Positions 10,079 to 19,906 of a stretch of 56,294 nt of DNA are shown piece after piece. A program made the translations under genes and the position numbers. The stretch is from Simkaniaceae bacterium (GTDB lineage Bacteria; Chlamydiota; Chlamydiia; Chlamydiales; Simkaniaceae). Each line of letters starts with the position of its first letter. Position 1 is the first letter of the stretch. The notes below the pieces were generated by a model. The model was not told the DNA's origin. It did not search any database and saw only the letters and a program-made list of their open reading frames with translations. The stretch spans positions 1 to 56,294 of the forward strand of contig JBFWSA010000013.1 in NCBI GenBank assembly GCA_050248615.1. The letters are read 5' to 3'.

Positions 10079-12871
10079 ATGGAAGAAGAACTACCTAAAG
10101 CTTATAACCCAGACATTGTAGAAGACAAATGGTACTATTTCTGGGAACGTAAAGGCTTTTTTCACGCTGATCCCCTCTCGGATAAGCCCCCCTATTGCAT
10201 TGTCCTCCCCCCTCCTAATGTAACCGGTATTTTGCATATGGGACATGCCTTAGTTGGCACCCTCCAAGACATTCTCATCCGCTGGAAACGGATGGAGGGA
10301 TATGAAGTTCTCTGGATGCCTGGAACTGACCATGCCGGCATTTCGACTCAAACCGTTGTAGAGCGCGACCTCATAGCAAAGACGGGCAAGCGTCGGTGCG
10401 ATTTTGATCGCGAAACCTTTCTCGAGCATGTTTGGAAATGGAAAGAAGCCCACGAAGGGAGGATCATTGACCAACTCAAGCGTCTTGGCTCTTCCTGCGA
10501 CTGGATGCGCACCCGTTTCACTATGGACGAGGGTTCGAACCTGGCTGTACGCACCCTCTTTAAAAAGATGTATGACGAAGGGCTCATCTATCAAGGAGAT
10601 TACTTAGTCAATTGGGATCCGATCACTCAAACAGCTCTTGCAGATGATGAAGTAGAGTATGAAGAGAAAGAGACCAAGCTTTGGCACTTCCGCTACCCCT
10701 TTGAAGAAGGAGAGGGTCATCTCATCATTGCAACCACACGTCCAGAAACCATGCTGGGAGATGTCGCTGTGGCTGTTTCCCCTGAAGATCCTCGTTACAA
10801 ATCTCTTATTGGGAAACGGGTTATTCTCCCCATTGTCAATCGGAGTATGCCCATTGTTGCCGATAGCTACGTCGACCCCAAATTTGGAACAGGCGTCGTC
10901 AAAATCACCCCTGCTCACGATCCCAACGATTGGGAACTCAGCAAACGCCATGGCCTTCCCCTCATCAATATCTTAAATCCCGATGGAACCCTCAATGCAA
11001 ATGGCCTCGAATATGAAGGGCTCACGATGGAAGAGGCCCGCCGCTATATTGTCAAAAAGATGGAAGAGATCGGCTTCTTAGAAAAAGTCGAACCCTATAC
11101 CCACCGCGTCGGCGTCTCCTACCGCTCCAAAGCCATCATCGAACCCTATCTTTCTAAACAGTGGTTCATCAAGATGGAGCCTTTTAAACAGAAGCTCATC
11201 GCAGCTGTCCAAAAAGGAAAAGTCAAACTCATCCCTAAAAATTGGGAAAATACCTATTTTCATTGGATTGAAAACCTCCGTGATTGGTGTATTTCTCGCC
11301 AACTCTGGTGGGGACATCGCATTCCCATTTGGTATCATGTGTCGGGGAAAATGCTCTGCTATGCAGGCGATGATACCCCCCCTGAAGTCAAAAAAAATCC
11401 CGAAGAGTGGAGACAAGATCCTGACGTCCTCGACACCTGGTTCTCTTCAGCCCTCTGGCCCTTTAGCACACTCGGTTGGCCCCATCAAACCAATGAACTC
11501 AAAAAATTCTACCCCAACTCTACACTCATTACTGGCCATGACATTCTCTTTTTCTGGGTCGCCCGCATGATCATGATGGGGGAATACATCATGGGAGAAG
11601 TTCCCTTTAAAGAGACATCCTTGCAAGGACTTATCTATGGAAAATCGTATTGGCGTACCACTAAAGAGGGGAGCATCTCCTATGTTTCTCCTGAAGAGAA
11701 AAAATCCTTCGACCTAGGAGAACCTCTCCCTAAAGACATCTGTTCTAAATGGGAAAAAATGTCCAAATCCAAAGGGAATGTGATCGACCCCATCGAAGTG
11801 ATCACCTCCTACGGAACAGATGCGATGCGCATGGCTCTTGCGGCAAGCGCCACCCATAGTCCCCAAATCGACCTAGACCGCCGCCGTTTTGAAGAGTTTA
11901 AAAATTTCACCAATAAAGTCTGGAACGGATCCCGGTTTGTCCTCATGAATTTAAAAATCACCGCAGAAGAGTTCATGAAAGGACTAGGAGATCTTTCCCT
12001 TGAGGACAAGTGGATTCTTTCCCTCCTCAACCGGACAACAGAAGAGATGAATACCCATTTAAAAGGATACCACTTTGACCGCGCCGCCATGCACAGTTAC
12101 AATTTCTTCTGGGATGAGTTCTGCGCTTACTATGTTGAGATGTCCAAACCCACCCTCTTTGGCAAACGGGGAGACACGACAAACAAACAAAAAATACTCA
12201 CTATCGTTCTTCTTGCCGCCCTACGCTTAATGCACCCTTTCGCCCCCTTCATCACGGAAGAAATCTTTCATCTCCTTAAAGAGCGCTTTCCCCACCTTCA
12301 GCCAGCCGCTCCAGATCCTTACACCCAAGAAGCGATCACCGCCCTCCTCTCCCCCGCATGTATTGTCGCCCCTTATCCTCAGGTCATTGCTAAGGAAGAT
12401 ATCAATCCTGAGATTGAAACCTCCTTTGCTTTCCTCAACGAAATTGTCTATACAATCCGTAACATCCGGGCAGAAATGCAAATTGCCCCCACCGTCGCCA
12501 CAGATGTCTACATTGAAGGAGAAACCGCATTCCTTCAAGAAAATGGGCACATTATCTCCTCGCTCGTCCGGATCCATACCCTTCACCTCAGTCCCGAAAA
12601 ACTCCCTACAGGCTTTACCTCTTCCGCCATGGTCCGTGACCTAAAAATTATTATCCCCCTCCCCCAAGAACTCTTAGAAAAAGAGAAACAGCGCCTCCTC
12701 AAAGAGCAAGAAAAACTCGAAAGCCAAATCGCTTCCTTCAAAAAGCAACTCGATAATCCCCAGTTTACTGAGCGCGCTCCAGAAGAACTCGTCACTAAAA
12801 CTAAAAATGCCCTCCTCGATGCCGAGCAAAAATCCCAAGACATTTCCTCAAAACTCTCTCAACTCAATTAG
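10079..12871 (+). CDS. valS: Valine--tRNA ligase
   Basis: PPPNVTGILHMGHAL, TTRPETMLGD, DWCISRQLWWGHRIP, KMSKSKGN, C-terminal coiled coil. Confidence 0.98.
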   Translation: MEEELPKAYNPDIVEDKWYYFWERKGFFHADPLSDKPPYCIVLPPPNVTGILHMGHALVGTLQDILIRWKRMEGYEVLWMPGTDHAGISTQTVVERDLIAKTGKRRCDFDRETFLEHVWKWKEAHEGRIIDQLKRLGSSCDWMRTRFTMDEGSNLAVRTLFKKMYDEGLIYQGDYLVNWDPITQTALADDEVEYEEKETKLWHFRYPFEEGEGHLIIATTRPETMLGDVAVAVSPEDPRYKSLIGKRVILPIVNRSMPIVADSYVDPKFGTGVVKITPAHDPNDWELSKRHGLPLINILNPDGTLNANGLEYEGLTMEEARRYIVKKMEEIGFLEKVEPYTHRVGVSYRSKAIIEPYLSKQWFIKMEPFKQKLIAAVQKGKVKLIPKNWENTYFHWIENLRDWCISRQLWWGHRIPIWYHVSGKMLCYAGDDTPPEVKKNPEEWRQDPDVLDTWFSSALWPFSTLGWPHQTNELKKFYPNSTLITGHDILFFWVARMIMMGEYIMGEVPFKETSLQGLIYGKSYWRTTKEGSISYVSPEEKKSFDLGEPLPKDICSKWEKMSKSKGNVIDPIEVITSYGTDAMRMALAASATHSPQIDLDRRRFEEFKNFTNKVWNGSRFVLMNLKITAEEFMKGLGDLSLEDKWILSLLNRTTEEMNTHLKGYHFDRAAMHSYNFFWDEFCAYYVEMSKPTLFGKRGDTTNKQKILTIVLLAALRLMHPFAPFITEEIFHLLKERFPHLQPAAPDPYTQEAITALLSPACIVAPYPQVIAKEDINPEIETSFAFLNEIVYTIRNIRAEMQIAPTVATDVYIEGETAFLQENGHIISSLVRIHTLHLSPEKLPTGFTSSAMVRDLKIIIPLPQELLEKEKQRLLKEQEKLESQIASFKKQLDNPQFTERAPEELVTKTKNALLDAEQKSQDISSKLSQLN

Positions 12872-12874
12872 TCT

Positions 12875-13033
12875 ACTCACCTTACGCACAAAGAATGAGA
12901 AGAGAATTTTATTGTTTTGATTTCCAGCGATTTATAAAAAGCGTAGCCCTATTTGTGAATAGGGTGAGCATTTTTTAAATCTCAGGGATCAAAAGAATAC
13001 ACTTATCTTCCATTGTGCGTGCGTAAGGTGAGT
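12875..13033. mobile_element. 159-bp palindromic MITE-like element, family B
   Basis: Perfect 15-bp terminal inverted repeats actcaccttacgcac/gtgcgtaaggtgagt; inner pairing ttttgat/atcaaaa and ccctatt/aataggg. Confidence 0.75.
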
Positions 13034-13536
13034 TAGTTAACACACACATAGAGATCTGCGCGGCGTCCTTTGTAGGTCACCTCTTTTTCTTTCTTGAGGC
13101 CGTTTTTTTCTGCAACGCGGATGGAAGCGGTATTTCCAGGATCGATGATAGAGACCAGGCGGGAAAAGCCGAGGGTATGAAACCCATAGTCTAGACAAGC
13201 ACGGGCGGCTTCTGTCGCATACCCTTTCCCCCACTGTTTCCGAACAAATAGATACCCTACTTCGTTTTCATCTTGCCCATCGACTTGGGGTTGAATGAGC
13301 ACTCCACAAATTCCCACAAACTCCCCTGTTTCTTTCAGTTCACACGCAAAAAAACCTTGCCGCTTTTCGGCAAAGTTTTTTTGGGCTTTTTCGATCCATT
13401 GAATCGCCTCTTCCCGGGTTTTAGTACCGGGATAAAAACGCATGGCAATCGGATCTTCAAAGATCAGGAGAAGATTGTCGACATCATTAAGTGTCAGTTG
13501 GCGCAAGATCAGCCGTTTTGTTTCGATGACTTTCAT
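13033..13536 (-). CDS. GNAT N-acetyltransferase, RimJ/RimL family (start moved to ATG 13536)
   Basis: IETKRLILR, EVGYLF, WGKGYATEAA, NTASIRVAEKNG. Confidence 0.88.
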   Translation of the reverse strand: MKVIETKRLILRQLTLNDVDNLLLIFEDPIAMRFYPGTKTREEAIQWIEKAQKNFAEKRQGFFACELKETGEFVGICGVLIQPQVDGQDENEVGYLFVRKQWGKGYATEAARACLDYGFHTLGFSRLVSIIDPGNTASIRVAEKNGLKKEKEVTYKGRRADLYVCVN

Positions 13537-14905
13537 AACGTAAAAGGAGTTCAAAGGTTTGAGATTCTTTAACCACGATTCCTGAAAGAGCAAAAAGGGC
13601 AATCAAGTTGGGAAGGGTCATTAAACCATTCATAATATCTACAAGAGGCCAAACGATGTCAATGCTAAGGAGCGTCCCCAAGAAAGCTAGAAGGCAAAAA
13701 AGGATGCGGAAAGGGTATATTGAACGGAGTCCAAAGAGATACTCAGCACATTTTTCCCCATAGTAGGACCACCCCACAATTGTAGAGTACCCAAAAAGGA
13801 TGAGTCCAATAGCCACAATCACATCTCCATAAGGAATCGTGGAGCGAAAGGCTTCCATCACAAGGGGGGCTCCATTGAGTAACATTCCCTGACTATCGAC
13901 CTCTCCAAGGACCCCTGTTACAGAAATCACAAGAGCTGTAATGGTACACACCACAAGAGTGGACAGAAAGACTGTCGTCATGGAAATGAGGGCATGTCTC
14001 CCTGGAACATCTGTTTTAGCAGCAGCAGCGGCGATGGGACCACTTCCTAAGCCCGCTTCATTGGAAGAAATCCCTCTCGCAACTCCGAACTGCAAAGCTG
14101 CGATAATCGAGGCTCCCAAAAACCCTCGGGTAGCCGCTTGCCCATTAAACGCACTTTTAACGATCCCCAAAATGCTGGGAAGGAGGTTCTCCCCATGAAT
14201 GAAAAGAATAATGAGTCCTCCTAGGATATACATCCCCGCCATGACTGGAACCAGTAAGGAACAAACGCGGCCAATGCTGCCGATTCCCCCTAAAAGGACA
14301 GCTCCTGTCGTCACCATTAAAAAGAGACCTGTCCAGAGAGGAGAAATATGCGCTAGGTCAAAGAGAGCATCTGCAATCGAGTGCGCTTGGGTGATATTCC
14401 CTCCAGCAAATGCTGAAAACATTCCAAAAAAAGCAAAGGCTCCCGCTAGCCATTTCCAATTCAACCCTCGCTTAATATAGTGCATCGGCCCCCCACACAT
14501 TTCCCCGCGATGATCTTGCGAGCGGAATTTGATGGCAAGAATGGCTTCAGCATATTTTGTAGCCATCCCAATAAGGGCAATGACCCACATCCAAAAAATC
14601 GCCCCAAATCCTCCCCCAACAACGGCGGTTGCAACACCTGCGATACTTCCGATTCCAATGGTGGCGGCTAAAGCTGTCATGAGGGCTTGAAATTGACTGA
14701 TATCCCCTTCAGCCTCATGATCCTGTCGGGTAAAAGCTAATTTGAGAGCATAACGCAGATAGCGAAACTGTAGTCCCTTTAAGCGGATGGTTAAAAGAAG
14801 CCCCACACCGATTAAAAGGATCACCAAAAAATGGCTCCAAAGATAGTGATCAAAGAGATTGAGAGCTTCTATTAAAGCTTCAGACTTTAGATTTATTTGC
14901 TGCAC
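13487..14905 (-). CDS. alsT: Na+:alanine/glycine symporter (AGCS family), copy 2
   Basis: FQALMTALAATIGIGSI, FWMW, TKYAE, GGPM, SNEAGLGS, NGLMTLPNLIAL. Confidence 0.92.
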   Translation of the reverse strand: MQQINLKSEALIEALNLFDHYLWSHFLVILLIGVGLLLTIRLKGLQFRYLRYALKLAFTRQDHEAEGDISQFQALMTALAATIGIGSIAGVATAVVGGGFGAIFWMWVIALIGMATKYAEAILAIKFRSQDHRGEMCGGPMHYIKRGLNWKWLAGAFAFFGMFSAFAGGNITQAHSIADALFDLAHISPLWTGLFLMVTTGAVLLGGIGSIGRVCSLLVPVMAGMYILGGLIILFIHGENLLPSILGIVKSAFNGQAATRGFLGASIIAALQFGVARGISSNEAGLGSGPIAAAAAKTDVPGRHALISMTTVFLSTLVVCTITALVISVTGVLGEVDSQGMLLNGAPLVMEAFRSTIPYGDVIVAIGLILFGYSTIVGWSYYGEKCAEYLFGLRSIYPFRILFCLLAFLGTLLSIDIVWPLVDIMNGLMTLPNLIALFALSGIVVKESQTFELLLRYESHRNKTADLAPTDT

Positions 14906-16295
14906 GTTCTTGCTTTTCTTTCTTCAGAAGATGTTCAAAAAAACGTGTTTCTTTGGCAATCACTCCCGTGAGAATAAAGAGAGCAATCAAGTTGGGGAAG
15001 GCCATCAATCCATTCATCATATTCGCAAACCCCCAAATGAGGCGGAGCCCTAAGATCGCTCCAGGAAGTACAAGGATTGTATAGATAATGCGGTAGAACT
15101 TCGTCGCACGACAACCAAAGAGATATTCGACGCACTTTTCGCCGTAGTAAGCCCATCCCAAAATGGTAGAATACGCAAAAGGGATTAAGGCTATCGTCAC
15201 AATAAGCCCTCCATAAGGAATAATTTGATCAAAAGCGCGCAAGGCTAGAGCAGAGCCATTGAGGAGTTTCCCCTCAGCATCTACCTCTCCAAAAACGCCA
15301 GAAACAGCAATCACAAGCCCTGTAATGGTACAAACAATACCCGTTGTAATAAAGACGCTGCACATTGAAACCAGTGCTTGACGTCCTGGTGTGTCTGTCT
15401 TGGCAGCTGCCGCTGCAATGGGTGAGCTTCCTAGGCCAGCTTCGCTTGAAAAAACACCACGAGAAACACCTAGCTGAATCGCCATCATAATGGTCGCTCC
15501 CGTAAACCCTCCAATAGCTGCTTGACCTGTAAAAGCCGATTTAAAAATGAGGACAAAAGCTGAAGGAATCGCCTCAATTCTTAAGGCAATGATGATGAGT
15601 CCTCCTATGATATAGAAGGCAGCCATCGCCGGAACTAAAACCCCTGCAACTTTTCCAATACTTTTAATCCCCCCAATAAGGGCAGCCCCTACAAGGACCA
15701 TCAAGATAGCCCCTGTCCATAAGGGGTTCACATCAAAAAGATCGGCAACCGCCAGAGCCACAGAGTTGGATTGGATCATATTCCCCGTTCCCAGAGCCGT
15801 AATTGCCGCTAAAACAGCAAAAAGCACGCCCATCCACTTCCATTTCAAACCCTTTTCAATATAGTACATGGGGCCCCCGCACATCTCATTATTCTCATCA
15901 GTAATGCGGTATTTGATCGCTAGAATAGCTTCTCCATATTTAGTTGCCATTCCAAACAAAGCGGCAGCCCACATCCAAAAAAGAGAGCCCAACCCTCCCA
16001 TAGCAATGGCTGTCGCAACCCCTGTAATGCTCCCGATCCCAATCGTCGCTGCAAGGGCTGTCATCAAAGCTTGGAAATGGCTAATGTCTCCCTGTGCAGA
16101 GTCATCTTGCCGGGTAAAAGCGAGCTTATGAGCATAAATCAGATAACGAAATTGGAGCCCTCGTGTTCTAATCGTAAGATAGATTCCAACGATTACAAGA
16201 AGAATGAGTAAAGGGGGTCCCCAAATCCAGTCATTGAGGGTATCGATAATAGTTTGCAATGAAGCCATTAATCCGTTAACAATTTTTTCATTCAA
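14880..16295 (-). CDS. alsT: Na+:alanine/glycine symporter (AGCS family), copy 1
   Basis: FQALMTALAATIGIGSI, TKYGE, GGPMYYI, SEAGLGSSPIAAAAA, NGLMAFPNLIAL. Confidence 0.93.
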   Translation of the reverse strand: MNEKIVNGLMASLQTIIDTLNDWIWGPPLLILLVIVGIYLTIRTRGLQFRYLIYAHKLAFTRQDDSAQGDISHFQALMTALAATIGIGSITGVATAIAMGGLGSLFWMWAAALFGMATKYGEAILAIKYRITDENNEMCGGPMYYIEKGLKWKWMGVLFAVLAAITALGTGNMIQSNSVALAVADLFDVNPLWTGAILMVLVGAALIGGIKSIGKVAGVLVPAMAAFYIIGGLIIIALRIEAIPSAFVLIFKSAFTGQAAIGGFTGATIMMAIQLGVSRGVFSSEAGLGSSPIAAAAAKTDTPGRQALVSMCSVFITTGIVCTITGLVIAVSGVFGEVDAEGKLLNGSALALRAFDQIIPYGGLIVTIALIPFAYSTILGWAYYGEKCVEYLFGCRATKFYRIIYTILVLPGAILGLRLIWGFANMMNGLMAFPNLIALFILTGVIAKETRFFEHLLKKEKQERAANKSKV

Positions 16296-16402
16296 AAAAC
16301 ATGGGCAACACTATAGATGCTTTCCCTATTCTTTTCTACCGTAATTTTCCCTGATAGGCAAGGCGGGAGTTTGTGGTAGTCATAATGGATAAAATATGCT
16401 AT

Positions 16403-16482
16403 ATATTGGGTCATTTATGATCGGCAAATTTCGAAAGCTTTCGCGGTAGCCCAAAACCAACTTTTGAAGTTGTTTGAGTATA
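16403..16482. repeat. Half copy of family A element
   Basis: atattgggtcatttatgatcggcaaatttcgaaagctttcgcggtagcccaaaaccaacttttgaagttgtttgagtata is nearly the reverse complement of 4153-4232. Confidence 0.85.
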
Positions 16483-16509
16483 AATTGAGTTTTTATTGGA
16501 AACAATACG

Positions 16510-17529
16510 ATGACTGTACTAACCCCTCTGATCACCCCTAAAGCCCTGCATGAAAAGTTCCCCCTCTCGTTGGAACAAAAAAAATGGGTTTCTGAAAACC
16601 GCAAAACAGCTGAACACATTATCCGTGGAGAGGACGAAAGAATTGTAGTCTTTGCAGGTCCCTGCTCCATTCATGACCCTGCTATCGCATTAGAATATGC
16701 TCATGAGCTGAAAAGTTTGTCAGAGAAAATTTCTGATCAGATCTTCTTAATCATGCGTGTCTTTTTAGAAAAGCCCCGTACGCAATTTGGATGGAAGGGC
16801 TTTCTTTATGACCCCTTCCTGGATGGAAGTTATGAGATTGAACAAGGTCTGATCGCCTCACGAGAGCTTTTAATTAAACTTGTAGATATTGATATCCCGA
16901 TTGCAACAGAGTTTCTAGATCCCATTTTACCAGCCTATACCCAAGATGTCATCACCTGGGGAATTATTGGTGCGCGCACCTCCACCTCACAGATTCATCG
17001 CCAAGTCGCCTCTCAACTCCCTATGCCCATAGGCTTTAAAAATGAAACCGATGGGAATCTAGACAATGCGATTTGTGGAGCCCTTGCAGCCAGACACCCT
17101 CAACTCTCTCTGGGAATCAATCCCGAAGGGGAACTCTGCTCTCTTAAAACCTATGGAAATCCTTTTACCCACATGATTTTACGTGGAGCTACAGAACATC
17201 CCAATTTTGATCATGTTTCGGTTTCTGAAGCCATTCAAAAACAACGCCTCCATGGACTGGGTTCTCGTCTTTTGATCGATTGTGCTCATGGAAATTCACA
17301 AAAAAATCCTAAAAAACAGCAACACGCCTTCTTTTCCGTTCTCGAGCAAATCCAAGAAGGGAATCACCTGATTATGGGAATGATGCTAGAAAGCCACCTG
17401 CAAGGAGGGAACGCCCTTTCGATTACAGATCCTTGCATCGACTGGAACACGACCGAAGAACTCCTCCTTTGGGCCCACAAGGTGTTAGAAAATCCCTTGA
17501 CCCCTAAACACCCTTCTGCAGTCCTGTAG
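16510..17529 (+). CDS. aroG: 3-deoxy-7-phosphoheptulonate (DAHP) synthase, class I-alpha (AroF/G/H type)
   Basis: GPCSIHD, MRVFLEKPRT..GWKG, IGART, GFKN, LRG, DCAHGNS, MLES, SITDPCI. Confidence 0.9.
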   Translation: MTVLTPLITPKALHEKFPLSLEQKKWVSENRKTAEHIIRGEDERIVVFAGPCSIHDPAIALEYAHELKSLSEKISDQIFLIMRVFLEKPRTQFGWKGFLYDPFLDGSYEIEQGLIASRELLIKLVDIDIPIATEFLDPILPAYTQDVITWGIIGARTSTSQIHRQVASQLPMPIGFKNETDGNLDNAICGALAARHPQLSLGINPEGELCSLKTYGNPFTHMILRGATEHPNFDHVSVSEAIQKQRLHGLGSRLLIDCAHGNSQKNPKKQQHAFFSVLEQIQEGNHLIMGMMLESHLQGGNALSITDPCIDWNTTEELLLWAHKVLENPLTPKHPSAVL

Positions 17530-17580
17530 AAAAACACTTTAGTGTTGAAGGGTTTTTCCCAATCGATTAAATAGATAACT

Positions 17581-18855
17581 ATGAATGATGAAAATAAATT
17601 GGTTGTTCACCCTCGTCCTTTTTATGCTTGGTGCATTCTCATCCTGAGTGTCCTTTTCAATGCTTATGCCTACATGCTCCAGTCCACCCCCACTATTGAT
17701 GATTTTACCCAGGGATCAGCCGCGCACCTCTCGGGATTAGTCTATGCCCTATCGGGTTACCTTTATGCGTTCACACTCTTTCAGATTCCTATGGGAATCT
17801 TGATCGACCGTTTTGGGTCTCGCTACTTTCCCTCCTTAGGTCTACTCCTTTGTGCCCTGGGAGCTATTCTCCTCTCTTACAGTAACTCAAATGGGATGAT
17901 CTTTTTTTCTAAAGTGATCATGGGATGTGGAGGAGCTTTCTCCTTCATCAATGCCCTTAAGCTGATCTCCAACTGGTTTCAACCCAAACGCTACGCCTTT
18001 CTATTAGGTCTCTTTATTGCTCTCGATACTTTAGGGATTATTCTCCTAAAAGCTTTTTACCTAGCCCTCAAAAACCATATCGAATGGAGGGGGGCAACTC
18101 TGATGTTTGGATTGAGCGGCCTGATTTTCGCCTGCGTTTTCTTTTTTGTCGTCAAAGACTCTCCTGGGGTACAGTTTTCCATCCATCCCCCTGCAAAAAA
18201 AGAAGACCTTTGGAAAAATATCAAGCAGATCTTCAATAACTCTCAAGTTTGGGTGATAGGCATTACCGTTGGGCTTCTCATCGGCCCCCTCTTCTCTTTT
18301 GAAATGCTCTGGTCCATCCCCTTTGTGAGCAAAGCTTACAATGCCCCTTTCCAAATAGCGGCTCTACTCAACCTCCTTTTTGTTTTCGGGTATGGAATTG
18401 GGGCGATGTATTTTGGGAGAGCTTCCACGAATTTAGGAAGAAGAAAAGTTTTTATGCCTTGGGGAATTGGAGTCACCCTCCTCATGATGCTGGTGATTTT
18501 ATATCCCCCCTATATGGGAATCAATGTGACAGCGGTTTGCTTTTTTGTGCTCGGGTTTGCCGCCTCTACCAATAACCTTGGGTATGTGATCATCCATGAG
18601 CTGCATGTCCCTCAAGTAACCGCAACTGCTGTGGCTGTCGTCAACACCTTCTATGCCCTCTTTTCTGCGATCAGCCAAGCTCTCATTGCCGTATTCATCC
18701 AGCTAGGAAGTTTTATGGAAAAAACAGGTGAGGTATCCCTTCACAACTTCCAACTTTCCCTCATACGACTCCCCGTCTATGTGGGGATCTCCCTCCTCTT
18801 CTCTTTCTTTATCAAAGAGACCTTTGCCAAACAGAGATACTCCTACGAGGATTAA
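17581..18855 (+). CDS. MFS transporter
   Basis: About 12 TM segments; motif A GILIDRFGSR and second-half LGRRK. Confidence 0.88.
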   Translation: MNDENKLVVHPRPFYAWCILILSVLFNAYAYMLQSTPTIDDFTQGSAAHLSGLVYALSGYLYAFTLFQIPMGILIDRFGSRYFPSLGLLLCALGAILLSYSNSNGMIFFSKVIMGCGGAFSFINALKLISNWFQPKRYAFLLGLFIALDTLGIILLKAFYLALKNHIEWRGATLMFGLSGLIFACVFFFVVKDSPGVQFSIHPPAKKEDLWKNIKQIFNNSQVWVIGITVGLLIGPLFSFEMLWSIPFVSKAYNAPFQIAALLNLLFVFGYGIGAMYFGRASTNLGRRKVFMPWGIGVTLLMMLVILYPPYMGINVTAVCFFVLGFAASTNNLGYVIIHELHVPQVTATAVAVVNTFYALFSAISQALIAVFIQLGSFMEKTGEVSLHNFQLSLIRLPVYVGISLLFSFFIKETFAKQRYSYED

Positions 18856-19286
18856 TCCTCATCGATAACGATGAGATCTACCCAAAGCTGCTGCTTCCAC
18901 TCTTTCACAATCATTCCATCCAGAGTCTTAATTTCAGCTTTGTAAGTTAAAAACCCTTCCGTTTTACGATAGGCTTCATCAAGAAGAGCATAGGTAATGA
19001 CACCCCGCCTCCGATCCACAGGATAGCAGAGTGTTTCTTCAGAGTGATTTTTATAGATCACGCTCAGCACTAAAGTCAGTTTTTGATCTAGTGCATCCTG
19101 GGGAAGACGCCATTCAATGATGAGCTCCTGCCCCTTTGGAGGATTTTTTTGACGAGGGTCAGGACTCCCCACAAAAGTGCTGGCCAGCTTTGATTGATCG
19201 ACATACTCCCTTTTGACTGATACATAATACTTTTCGCAGCCACAGAGAAGCAGAAGAGAAAGAATCAAATATTGACGAAGCGACAT
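18852..19286 (-). CDS. Conserved chlamydial lipoprotein (CT303-like by position; start moved to ATG 19286)
   Basis: MSLRQYLILSLLLLCG-C lipobox; LASTFVGSPDP, TYKAEI and WKQQLW motifs. Confidence 0.75.
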   Translation of the reverse strand: MSLRQYLILSLLLLCGCEKYYVSVKREYVDQSKLASTFVGSPDPRQKNPPKGQELIIEWRLPQDALDQKLTLVLSVIYKNHSEETLCYPVDRRRGVITYALLDEAYRKTEGFLTYKAEIKTLDGMIVKEWKQQLWVDLIVIDED

Positions 19287-19319
19287 AACCCTAGGTACAC
19301 TAGTGAATGAGTTATTACT

Positions 19320-19826
19320 ATGGATCATGAGAAAGAAAGTGTCAATGGGATCGTCTTTTCGGAGGATCGCAAAAACGTCCTTCTGATTAAGCGGCGTGAT
19401 GTTCCGGTTTGGGTCCTTCCTGGCGGAGGGATTGAAGCGGGAGAGTCTCCTGAAGAAGCTGCCGTCCGCGAAATCGAAGAGGAGACGGGATATCAGGTGA
19501 CACTTATGCGTAAAATTGCAGAGTACTCTCCCCTATGTCGTTTGGCCCGTTTCACCCATCTCTATGAATGCACCATTGTTTCGGGAGCTCCCTCCCTTTC
19601 TGAGGAAACTCAAGGAGTCGCCTTTTTTTCGTTAGAAAACCTTCCTCCTCTTCCTCCTCCTTATCCCGACTGGATTCAGGATGCGGTAGAGGATCATCCC
19701 CAGGTGTTAAAAAAACAGATTACCAGTGTGACTTACACCGCTCTGGTTAAAAATTTAATTTTACACCCCATTCTCGTTATTCGATTTCTTATTACCAAAA
19801 TTGGAATTAGAATTAATGATAAATAA
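19320..19826 (+). CDS. NUDIX hydrolase
   Basis: Nudix box GGGIEAGESPEEAAVREIEEETG. Confidence 0.9.
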   Translation: MDHEKESVNGIVFSEDRKNVLLIKRRDVPVWVLPGGGIEAGESPEEAAVREIEEETGYQVTLMRKIAEYSPLCRLARFTHLYECTIVSGAPSLSEETQGVAFFSLENLPPLPPPYPDWIQDAVEDHPQVLKKQITSVTYTALVKNLILHPILVIRFLITKIGIRINDK

Positions 19827-19842
19827 ACAAATGTTTATTGTT

Positions 19843-19870
19843 TTGTTTAATTAGATAAATATCCTATAAT
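19843..19870 (+). promoter_or_regulatory. Candidate sigma66 promoter (TTGTTT-16-TATAAT)
   Basis: Sequence match upstream of the 19907 ORF; palindrome aataaaca-aa-tgtttatt at 19822-19839. Confidence 0.4.
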
Positions 19871-19906
19871 CTAATTGTCGTAAATAAGAAGAGAGAGTCT
19901 TTTATT

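Noticed and set aside
11620..11760. Insertion before KMSKS in ValS as an in-frame repeat element
   Set aside because: It does not match families A-D and is not palindromic; it looks like the lineage-typical chlamydial ValS insert.
16296..16402. Glycine riboswitch upstream of the AGCS symporters
   Set aside because: Expected from context, but the GGAGA/CCGAAG/CTCTCAGG core motifs are not visible on the minus strand.
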